This document shows positions 12,307 through 22,730 of a stretch of DNA of 64,000 nt, in pieces. A program made the position numbers and the translations under genes. A model generated the notes under the pieces. That model was not told the origin of the DNA. It made no database searches and saw only the letters and a program-made list of their open reading frames with translations. Location of the stretch: NCBI RefSeq assembly GCF_009834535.1, contig NC_045696.1, forward strand, positions 98,086,001-98,150,000, written 5' to 3'. Each line of letters opens with the position of its first letter. Position 1 is the stretch's first letter. The stretch is from Camelus ferus. Lineage: Eukaryota.

Positions 12307-13150
12307 TACAAAGTGCACTGAAGGAAAAGGGGCTAAAATCACTCTCCTCTGCTTTGTGAGAGTGTACATTGTAACAACTTTTAAAGGGCAGTCTGATAAT
12401 ATTACCAAAGGTCTTAGGACTGTGATCTCACTGATTTAGCAATCCCGCCTCTAGAAACTTATCCTAAGGAAATAACTATGAATGTACCCCAAATCTTAGA
12501 TACAGAGACGTTCATTACAGCATTACTTATAAACATATCACACACACTATTACACGTAGAACTATGTCTTCTCCCTACCTTCCGAACCCCAAATGCACCT
12601 GTTGAGATCCCAATGCCCAGTAACTCAGAGGGTAACTGTGTTTGGAGATAGAGCCTTTAGAGAGAAAATTAAAATAAAATGGAGTCATATGGGTGGGCTC
12701 TAATCCAACATGACTGGTCCTTATAAGAAGAGGAGATTAGGACATAGACACACATAGAGGGAAGACCATATAAAGACAGATGAGGAAGACAGCCATCAGT
12801 CAAGGAGAAAGGCCCCAGAATGAAATCAACCCTGTGCACACCTTGGCCTCAGACTTCTGGCCTTCAGAACTGTGAAAAAACAGATTTCTGCTCTTTAAGC
12901 CTGTGGTACTTTGTTATGGCAGCCCTAGCAAACCAATACGTCTGTAAATACACACACACGCGCATGCACACACGCACACATGCATAAAGGAAAAGATTCT
13001 AAATGCTGGCAATAAGGGATTAGTTAAATATGCGTGGCTCATCTGCACAACGGAACCCCATTCTTCCATTTAAAGTGACACAGATGAATATTATCACGAA
13101 AAACTTGTTGATATATCATTAGGTAATGTAAATTATCAAAAAGTATATAT
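12307..13150 (+). mobile_element. Old L1 (L1ME-like) 3' fragments interrupted by an MLT1B LTR
   Basis: GCAATCCCGCCTCTAGAAACTTATCCTAAGGAAATAA, GTTCATTACAGCATTACTTAT; resumes ~12985 (CTAAATG...AATAAGGGATTAGTTAAATA). Confidence 0.6.
12548..12940 (+). mobile_element. MaLR solo LTR (MLT1B-like)
   Basis: TTTGGAGATAGAGCCTTTA...CTAATCCAACATGACTGGTCCTTATAAGAAGAGGAGATTAGGAC...GGCAGCCCTAGCAAACCAATAC. Confidence 0.9.
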
Positions 13151-13184
13151 AATATCCTATATTTGTAAAAAATATATATGTACG

Positions 13185-14075
13185 TATATAATGGATATTA
13201 ATTTGGTCTAAGTGCTGATACATTCCCTTTTTTAGGAAAGTGAAAAAAAAATGGCACTGATGGCAGCTGGGTCATGATGTTCCCAGGTGAACGTTAATGA
13301 GATTCACAGAATATAAACAACACTCAGACAAGGCCAGTCCGGTCACGTTTGGAAGATGAAGACAAGTCACTACAGAAGTGACTAGATATCCTCTAATGCT
13401 GACCACTGCTTTCTTTCTTTTTAAACTTATGACAACCCTCGCTCACTTTAGTTTGTTTCCCGACAAGATAAAAATGGAGACAGTCATCACCATATTGCCC
13501 CTTCTCGACAGAAGCCAACCCATATTGGATCTCTGCTTCCTTAATTTCTTCTTAACGTACAACACTCTCCCTTATCCGCGGTTTTGCCTTCCATGGTTTC
13601 AGTTCCCTGAGGTCAGTCTTGGTCCAAAAATATTGAGTGGATAATTCCGGTAAGTTTTAAACTGCACACCATTCTGAGTAGCAGGATGAAATCTCGCCAT
13701 CCTGCTCTGCCCCGCAGGGCACGTGAACCACCCCTTTGTCCAGTGTATCCCGCCCGTGAGTCACTTAGAGGCAGTGCTTGAGTTCATATAACCCTTATCG
13801 TACTTAATAATGACCCCAAAGCGCAGGAGTAGTCTTGATGCTGGCAATTTGGATATTCTCTTACTGTGCCTAATTTATAAATTTAACTTTATCATAGGTG
13901 TGCATGTGCAGGAAAAAACAGTACATAGAGGGTTTGGTTCTATCTGTGGTTTCAGGTATCCACTGAGGGTCTTGGATTGTATCCCCTGTGGATAAGGGGG
14001 AACTACTGTATCCATAAAAAGCCCAAATCCCATAAGAAACTTCTTCAAACTCCCTCTTACTGAGAGGTTCCATGC
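13185..14075 (+). mobile_element. ERV1-class LTR (MER67-like), split by MER44
   Basis: AAAGCCCAAATCCCATAAG...CTCCCTCTTACTGAGA after the MER44 resembles the recalled MER67 consensus; sequence appears continuous across the TA site. Confidence 0.5.
13560..14008 (+). mobile_element. MER44 (Tigger7-derived non-autonomous DNA transposon)
   Basis: Terminal inverted repeats CAACACTCTCCCTTATCCGCGG / CTGTGGATAAGGGGGAACTACTG flanked by TA (13558-9, 14009-10); internal remnant of the transposase start ATGACCCCAAAGCGCAGGAGTAGT. Confidence 0.85.
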
Positions 14076-15494
14076 GTAGTTCTGGTGCTTTCAGTCAATG
14101 GGATTTTACAATTCTAAATGAAATAAAATTGGCCCCGTACCACCCACTAGGACTGGCTGGGAATTCCCTCTTAGTTGAGTTTTATGTGGGGTGTAGCAAA
14201 GAGTGGGGGTCAACTTCTCAGGTCCCTGTGGGAGCCACCAAGGTGCTCATTACCCTTTCTAAGAGGGCAGCTTCATTTCCTCTGTGCCAAGCTGGGTACA
14301 CGGATCTTATGCTACAGGATAAGGCCCAAGATTTTGGGTTCAGTCCCTCTTTTCCAGAAGCCAGATCACTACTCGAGGGCTCTCTGGGGTTGGGGCATGA
14401 GTCTTCCCCATTTGTGGGATCCACTGCCACTGGCTTCCTTCCTCCTGAATCTCTGTCCTGGTTCAGGCCTCATTCTGGGTGGGTGAGATGTTAGCCTTCT
14501 AGCATCCCCTGGCTTCCATGTCTAGCTCTGCAACTAAAATGTAATGTGCGGAGGCTCGGGTCCAGACACAGAGTCGGCTGGGGGAAGAGGAAGGAAAAAT
14601 TACCTCTCATTCTTTCACAGCGGCGAGTTCAGTACACATCAATCTGTGAATAATTTCCTGGCACGTATTCTAGAAAAGGTTCTGAATATACATCCTGAAG
14701 TGTTAAAAGTGGGTATCTATCTTTGGTTGTATTAGGGACCATTAAAAATATTTACACATATTACTTACTTTTACTTTCTAATCTTTCTTCCATTGAACAT
14801 TTGCTTTCAAAATAAGAAAAAAGTACATCATTTATTTTTAACCAGTGAAAGGGAAAAACAGAGTAAGAAGGAAGAAAGGAAGAATGAGAAGAGATCAGGG
14901 CCTTCTGTAGTGGACCCATAGGTATGTTAGTGGAGTTGGAGTTTACGACATCCCTGGAGGTTAGCCTTCCCTGGAATTCTGGAGCCAAGGCATGAGCTTT
15001 TTGGCTCCGATCTGTCCTCGTGAGAATGTTTTAATAAGCTGAATGTTTTTTTACCTTCTATCTCTATCAATGAATACAGAGGAGCCCCCTGGAGGAAGTA
15101 GGGGGTAACTGGGGTTTCTAATTGGGGAGAAATGTCTCTTGAAAGGGAAATGGCATGATGGTTTTTACCTTTGGTTTCGCATTAGAATTTCGTAGGCCTA
15201 GGCCCTACCCTCCGTGATTCAATTGATTATGATTGAAGGAAGGAGGGGATGGGTGAAGGATGGAGTCTGCAATTTTTGTAGAGTTGAGCCAACTGCCTGA
15301 GGCCAGACCACTTGGCAGGGTTTCCAGAGATTGTGGCCACTGTTTTTCACTTGCTTCCAATTTGAAAAGTCCTACTCACAGACTGCTAGTCAGATCCCAA
15401 GAATTGAGCTCCTCAATACGAAATTCTTCTATTCCCAATGTCCCTTAGGGCCACCTTCAGAAGGAAAGGTAGAATCAGAGATTATTTCCTTCCA

Positions 15495-15790
15495 ACAGTG
15501 TTCTGTCAAGTATTGTAGGTGTACCTGCTTATACAAACTTAGCTTATTCCTACAGGGAATTTTAAAAAGTCCTTAATGGTATATATTTATTGTATTGTGT
15601 ATTAAAAAAAATAATATCCACCCAAAGCTACAATTTCATAGTAGTGATATAACTTAAAAAGAAAGAAATCCATTTATGCAAAAATGCAAGCCAATTGATA
15701 CACATATCATAGGTAAATCACAGTACAGGTGGTACATGGATATGGCAAAAATCAGGATGACATACATGACTTTAGACTAGGAGACCCTGG
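15495..15790. mobile_element. hAT-Charlie MER (MER113-like)
   Basis: CAGGTGGTACATGGATATGGCAAAAATC motif near the terminus. Confidence 0.55.
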
Positions 15791-15847
15791 CAGAAGTTGC
15801 TTTATTAGGCCTTTCCAAAACAGGTAAGTTTTGAACTGTGATTCCAA

Positions 15848-16013
15848 GCAATGCTTCCAAACATTGGACTGAAATTATGTGGGGCTGACTGAGAGCTTGT
15901 GGAAATAGCTGTTCCAGGTTCCTGCCTTGACATTTTAGTTCAGGAGATTTCTGGGTTGTGTCTGTTCGTGAAGGTTTCCTGGTGATTCTGGTGCAGCCAG
16001 GTTTTGGGAAACT
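15848..16013. mobile_element. hAT MER5-like element
   Basis: Ends CAATGCTTCCAAAC ... GGTGATTCTGGTGCAGCCAGGTTTTGGGAAAC. Confidence 0.6.
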
Positions 16014-17472
16014 CGAAGAAGGGAGTGATACCCCTTGGGCCTGCAAGTTCAGTTGTTCTTGGTAATTAACCCTATATTAAGTATTTGCTGGCTGTGAAGT
16101 CTATTAACTATGTTGACTGTCATCAGCATGGCTTTGAGAACTTTTAATTTTTAAACTGCCCCTGGGTCTCAGCATCGGGGGAACGTGAGTGTAAATTAAA
16201 ACACATGCAAGTGAGCACACCAGACCCCAGCCCCGACAAACACTGTAATGCGATTTAACCAATTAAACAAACAGGAGTGAGTTATGCCATTAGGCTCAAC
16301 ACGGCTGCTGGAGCAAACCGACAGCACGGTGCTGCCCGGGCACCCAAGTCGTATGGGCATGTTTCCAGGGGAAAGGAGATACTAGGGTGGGAGCTGTTTC
16401 ATGGCAAATTGATGTTTACTCAGTGAGTTTCAGAGGAATCACTGGGAGGCAGCTGGGAGGGAAGCCCTGGGTGGGAACACTCGGGGATGGAAATCATGGG
16501 TTGGGGCCTCATGAGTCCTGGGAGAAGGCAATTGAGAGGCGGGCATGCGGGTGAGGAGGACTGAGGAACGGGGAAGCTGCAATCACGCCAGGCAGGGATG
16601 AGAGAGGGATAGGAAGCCGGTTGCACCAGAGAGGCACAGCGACTTTATTGAGGAGCTGGTAAAATCCTCCTCCTGAAAAGTAGCTAATAAAAAGCAAACT
16701 ATTATCCCAGAGGACATTAAGGAGGCAGGATGAATTCTTTATGAAAATCAAAAGGGCAAATTCGTATCTGTGTGATTACAGCAAGTGAGTCTCTTGAACT
16801 TCCTGGGCACTCCTTAGTTCCCTGGCTCTGTTTTATGGTCCACTGGGTGTTAGGTAATATTCCCTGATTTGGGGGTAAACATTTGAGGAAAAAAGTGGTG
16901 ACGGTATCTGGGGAATAGAAGTCTAAGGTGGCATCCAGATAGATGGTTCTGCTCGGTGTAAAGTGGGACATGTGGATTGCAGAAGCTCACAGATTTGGGC
17001 AAGAGTGAATTTCTGGAGCCCACAAGGTAAAGGGGCCCACTGCCCGAGGCCAGGCCACTCAGCAGATCTAGAGGTAACAGTCATTGTTTTTCATCTGCTT
17101 CCAATGTTAAAAGTCCTCCTCACAGATTCCTAGTCAAATTCAAATTGTTCTCTCTCCGTCTGATGGAAAATTTTCACACCACACTAAAGAAACTTGGGAC
17201 AAAGATTTGTCTTACTTCTTTTACTGTTTCCTTTCATTATCCGCACACAAATGTTTTAAAACTGTATCTAGTCTGTCAGTCTCCTTTTGCTGTTGTTCTT
17301 AAAGAGACTGAAGTTACAGGATTTTGGGTGCAATTTTCAAAGGCATTGGCTTTATGACAGCTTGCTTATACTGTGGAGTAATTTTTAAAAAACATTTTTA
17401 TTGATGGAATAATTTTTATAAGAGAAATTAATTTGATTTTGGAGGGGGACAAAATAGTTTAGCAAACCTTGT

Positions 17473-17487
17473 CCACTAGGTGTCACT
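17473..17487 (+). promoter_or_regulatory. CTCF motif
   Basis: CCACTAGGTGTCACT, one mismatch to CCASYAGRKGGCRS. Confidence 0.5.
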
Positions 17488-17559
17488 CTTGATCTAATTA
17501 AACCTGGCTAGAGGAGTTTATAAATAGAAGTACATCTATAAAATATTCATTTCCTTGGT

Positions 17560-18070
17560 TACGTAAACACGAATAAAAAGCCCCCGCTTGTGTGTTTCTT
17601 AAGTCTTTTCCTGGTTACCTCTGTCATAAAAGGGGGGCGTAAATCAGTTCTCTGGAGGACTAATTCCTACCAGAGAGCTTTGTTATGAGACCTCTTGGGA
17701 GGTGCGGGCTGGCGGTCCGAGTCTGAGCCTCCTCAATTCACCGGTTGCTTTTTATGACACAGGACCCAGCCCTTTCGGAGATCACGTTAGATTCTCTCGT
17801 GAATAGAGCGAATGTTTCCAAAATGCCCCGTTTCCGCTTGCTGCTTCCTGAAATGCTTTCTCCCGGTCTTTCTGGACAGCGCTGTCACCATCTGTCCGTC
17901 ATCTCCGCGCGCTCCCGCCTGTTGGCTGTGGCATCAGGCGCCAGCGGCTCCCACCCCACGGGGTGAGCCGGATGAAGGGCGACGTTCAGGGATGCTCAGC
18001 GCGGGGATGGAGGGTGGGGAGACCGCCTGTTCACCTAGGCCACTCTGGGGCAAAGCAGGCAAAAATCGCT
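17560..18070. promoter_or_regulatory. Small CpG-rich unique block (enhancer/promoter-like)
   Basis: Many CpGs in a CpG-poor background; GTAAACA (FOX), GTCATAAAA and TTTTATGAC (posterior HOX/CDX-type) motifs. Confidence 0.45.
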
Positions 18071-18324
18071 TTTAGCAATTTTGAATTTCAGAATATGGAA
18101 TTATTTGCACTGGCTACGAGGATTGGCCAAATTCCATTAATTTCTCCTTTGCACCGTCTTCAGGGATGAAAATGGACATAACAATTTAGAGTATGCTTTA
18201 CAAGAAAGCAACACTGATTCAGAGAGATTGTGGTTCTGATTAGAAATAGATGGCATTATTATTTTAAAAATGTTCTTTCTCCAAAATATAAGTAGTTCAC
18301 CTTCAGAGAAGAAATAGGGCACGG

Positions 18325-19010
18325 ATAACTAACATTTATACAGCACTTTCCAGTTCGAGAGGAGGTCTCAGATCCATTACCTGGTGTCATCTTCAGCACA
18401 ACCCTGGCAGATGGGGATCATTGTCACTATGCATCTGACTGGGCCTGCAGCTGTAGTGTCCCATGCTTGCCAAGCTGGAATTTTAACCCAGACCATTTGA
18501 CTCCAAAAGCTGTGGTTAAACCAGTGGTTCTTAATCAGGTATGCATGAGAATCTCCTGGTGAGCTTTTCAATATATGTACTCCCAGACTCATGCTGGGCC
18601 TTCTCCATCAGAATTCCTTGGGTGATACTGGGTTCATTCAATAAACCCAGAAACATAAAGTGGGTATATAATATCATGTCAGGTGGTGATGGATAGTCGG
18701 GGGAGAAAAAAACAAAGCAGAATGGGGGTGAGTAGAGATTGACAGGAGGGACTATTTTGAAAGGGTCAGCTGGGGAAGGCCAAGCTCTCCAAGGAGGGGG
18801 TATTTGAACTCACCCTAATGAAGCCAAGTGGTAACCTGTGCATATGCAGGTGGGAAGGATGTTCTAGCAAAGGGAATAGCAGGTGCAAAGGCCCTGAGGC
18901 AGGAGTGTGCTTAGAGTGGAGAAACAGAAAGGAGACCAGCATGGCTGGAGTGGAGCTGATGAGGGGCGAGTGCTAGGAGACAGGTAATGAGGCAGCCAGG
19001 AGCTAGGCCT
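18325..19010 (-). mobile_element. Adjacent MIR (~18325-18515), MER5A (~18520-18625) and L2 (~18632-19010) fragments
   Basis: ATAACTAACATTTATACAGCACTT...TGACTCCAAA; CAGTGGTTCTTAATC...GAATCTCCTGG; GCAGGTGCAAAGGCCCTGAGGCAGGAG. Confidence 0.7.
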
Positions 19011-20500
19011 TCAACTGGTGCTGCACAATTTTAAAAACAGGTGCAAGCACATGTTCTCACTCTTCTAATGTTCTTTTTTTTTTTAAACCTTGGCAAGCAA
19101 TGAAAAGGAAAAACAGGGAAGATAAAAGCACAGCTAAAACACAGCTCTGATGAGCTGCCACCACTGCAATCACCATGAAGCTGCAGTTCAGTGCTGTTAG
19201 GGAGACCAAGAGGACTGAAAATGGTTAGTGGTGAATGAGTAGCTGCTAATTTGATAATCACCGTGAATCTGAGTGTAACCGATTTGTTCGCCTGACTGTC
19301 TACAATTTACTTTTATTTGTGATTGAATTGTAATTTCCATTTAAAATCATTATAAGGAACAATACGTTCCCATTACGCTCACTCAAGTACCATTCTGGAG
19401 TTTTTAGTTTTGTTTTAACATTAAATCTGGTCATGCTGTCTTTCATTCCTATCATCAGGGCTTCCTCTTAAGTAGATGCTGTGCTTTTCCTTGTTGTGTT
19501 TATAATGTGAGGACAAACTACACATGCTTGGAGGAATGATGATTTGTGTTTTGTTTCTGAGAGAAGTCCAGATTGGTTACACTTGAAATCTTCTCTTAAG
19601 AGAGTTAAATACCTCCTACAATTCTTCGGGGAAAAAATCTTTCATATAGATATAATTAAAATAATATATATTAAGCAGGGATAGAATGCCATATCCACAA
19701 AGTTTAAATCCACAACTGTAGTGTATCTTAATTAAACAACTCACCATGATGAATACAGTTACATTAGATAGTATTAATGCTAATTTATTTTCCATATGCT
19801 CAGATTTATTATTTTAATTACTATATTAAGATAAAATGATATGCTGTGGTTGCTGGAAAAGTTAGATGGGCAAGGGCTCCAGGTAACTGCCTGTCCTAGC
19901 ACACTCACAAGCCTCCTCTCTGAGTAGCTGAAACACACATGTAAGGAATGATTTCAGGAAACTTGAACACTTTTGTGACCTCAGAATACCTCAGTAAAGA
20001 AGCAGCTTGTGAAACTGGATGCAAAATGTGATCCTGTATTTGTTAAAACAAAATCTTGTGTCTACATATGCATTCAAGAATGTCTAGAATGACACACTTA
20101 CAATGTTGCCAGTGGTATTTTCATGGAGGGTGGTTTCATTTTTATTTTGTTGCTTATCTGTATTTTCTAAGATGAACACATATTTGTGTAATAAAGAAAA
20201 ACTGGTACAATGAGGTTTACATAATTTCCTATAATAGGAAAAATACCACTGAAAGTTATTTTTTAAAAAAAGATGTTGAATTTTTGACTCATACTTATTT
20301 TAACACACACTTTGCCTTCCAGTGTGTTAGTGGAAAACAGTAGCTTGATTCCTCTGTAATTTTTCCTGTTTTTATTTTAATTACTCCAACTCTACACTAC
20401 AGAGGAAGGGACGATTTTTCTGTGACTGTTAACTGTCTTCTGGGGTTAGGCTCAGGGAGCTCTGGATTCTGGACCACACTGTTCACTATATCCCTTCTAT

Positions 20501-20515
20501 CCACTAGAGGGCAGC
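20501..20515 (+). promoter_or_regulatory. CTCF motif (strong)
   Basis: CCACTAGAGGGCAGC, a full match to the core consensus. Confidence 0.7.
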
Positions 20516-21077
20516 AGATGATAGGTAGATTCATGGGCCATTAAGGTTAACTTCTACGTTGACAGCTTTTGGGGAGACAAGTGAGAAATGGCCCAGGCGT
20601 AGCTGGCTGGGTGTCACAGTGACTGTGTCATTCAGAAAGCCATATGGTTTATTTGTATTAGTGCAAATTAAAAACAACGTTTTCTCTCCTCCAAACTATG
20701 GGGATACAGAAAATTAACTTCTGCCCCATTATTAGGAGTTTCCTAAGATGCCAATAACACACATCTATACACTTAGGACTTGCATCAAATGTGGGCTCTT
20801 TTCATCAAACCTGTACACTATGCACTAGATATCTTTGGAAGTTCTGGTTAAGTAAATTTGAGGTAGGGCCTGGTATAAAGCTGAGGTATAAAACACAGGG
20901 AAACCGTTCTTGCCCTCAAGGTGTGAAATCAAAAGCCAGATAATATGGTACAAATTGTACATACAGTTAAGGGGACAAAAGGAGTGGTGATTAGTAAAGA
21001 AAACACTAGAGAAATAAATTTGACCTGGAGTCAGGATTTGAAGACAGTAATACCTACAGGTTAGAGTGGAGGCCCAA

Positions 21078-21292
21078 CAGAGGTCGAAAACTGATGCCCC
21101 CTGAGTTCAGGCTGTAGAAGTACTTTGATCAGCAGAATGTTTTAAATGTTTTAAATTTGAATTTCTTTAGGTGGGGCTTGCACTTTTTAGTTTTGCTACA
21201 CTTCCCACCATTCCCTATCATTGTGCAGCCAGCACTCCACACATTTTTCATACCTGCGTGGCCACTGAAGACATTTGTGACTGCAACCCTGG
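21078..21292. mobile_element. hAT-Charlie MER (MER102-like)
   Basis: Termini CAGAGGTCGAAAACT ... GACTGCAACCCTG; internal AAATTTGAATT, CCCACCATTCCCTAT. Confidence 0.6.
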
Positions 21293-22139
21293 CTTAGAGG
21301 AACTGGGGGAGGGAGGGCGCAGAATGGGGGAGGAGGCAGTAATCCAGGAGCCATGGCAGGAGAACTGGGCTAGAAGTGGGTGCTGGAGGGTGTGTGGGGG
21401 TGGGGCTCCTACATGTAGACTGGGTGACTTGGACCAAAGGGCCGTGTTGGAAAACAGATTACAAAGAGTTGAGGGTGGTGGTGGTGACTTAAGGAGTCAT
21501 TTGGATCTGGTACTGCCGTAGGGAACCCTGTAAGTGCTTGAGGACGAGAGAAACAAGAAGTCTTGGAAGATGCAGGAATCAACCTGGAAGAGTGCTAGAG
21601 AACCTATTTCCTGTTCACTCTAATATCTGTTTTCTCTACAGGGTTTTGACGACAAGAATTACTCTGCTGAAACGAAACAGAACCCGGAAGTCAAACAAGT
21701 GTGGGTGCTGCCCTCACCCCTACTCCAGACCTCACCACTTGCCTGTGTGTCCCCAGAAAGGTCGGGGGCTTGCGAGAGTCAGCAGCCCACGTCCAGGACG
21801 CAGGACTCTCCTTGGGGGATCTTGGTGGACCCGTGCGGTGGCAGCGCAGCGCCTCGGAGTCCCCGCTGGTCTTGCTCCGGCACTGACTCAGTGGCTCACT
21901 AGGGGCATAGGACTTCAATCACTGCACTTTCGTTTTCCCATCATAATTTAAAAGAATTGCACGAGGCAGCCTCAGAAGATTCGTTCAGCATTAGTCCACT
22001 GATTAGAGCTCAGAAAAGAAAGTCCAAGGCCCAGTTTTTATTAATAGACCAAGCTTCCAACCAAGCACGCGGGTTCCCAAGGTTCCTACCTCACGGGATG
22101 AAACAGTGGTGGGGGAGGGGTGAAGGGGGGCAAAGAGTG

Positions 22140-22332
22140 CAAAGTCCTACGGGATTAGATAGACATGGGTTCCAAGCCTAACCCCACCTTTTCCACACCG
22201 AGTGACTTAGGAAAGCCACTGAATTTCTCTGAACATCAATTTCCTTTGCAAAATGATGACACAGGGGTGTGCATCTGGCATAGTTCTTTGGAAAATTAAA
22301 TGAGACCGTGTCTGTAAATGTCTGGCACATCA
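22140..22332 (+). mobile_element. MIR SINE
   Basis: AGACATGGGTTCCAAG...GTGACTTAGGAAAGCCACTGAATTTCTCTGAAC...ATTAAATGAGA...CTGGCACA. Confidence 0.8.
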
Positions 22333-22379
22333 TTCTACCTTCATCCCATGAGGAAGTCACTCCTTGCATCCTGAAGTAC

Positions 22380-22730
22380 CATCCGGCGGAGGGAGTCGTC
22401 TCTGTGAGAACGCGCACCAAGTCTCAAGGACGCGGCATCGAATCATCTCTGCGCGAAAAACCGCGGAGAGCATATGTGCTGACGTTTCCTTGATTAACTC
22501 AATTAAAACTCTGAACAGTTAATATGCTGCTTTTAGGCGGTTTTGATTGCCGCAGCATTTTTGCTGTTGCTCTGTCATCAAAAGAACCAAAAGAAGAATT
22601 GTGTTTCAGGATCCAGAGGCTGTTTCTAGAGGAAGTGGGGAAAGCACCGACTGCCCCCTGCGGTGATTTGGAGGGCGCTGTAGGGGAGTCTCTGACCAAG
22701 AAACGGCTCTGCCTACCTGACGTTAAGCAT
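22380..22730. promoter_or_regulatory. CpG-rich promoter-like block
   Basis: E2F site GCGCGAAAA (22451-22459), CRE half-sites TGACGT (~22480, ~22717), weaker minus-strand CTCF-like motif 22650-22665. Confidence 0.4.
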
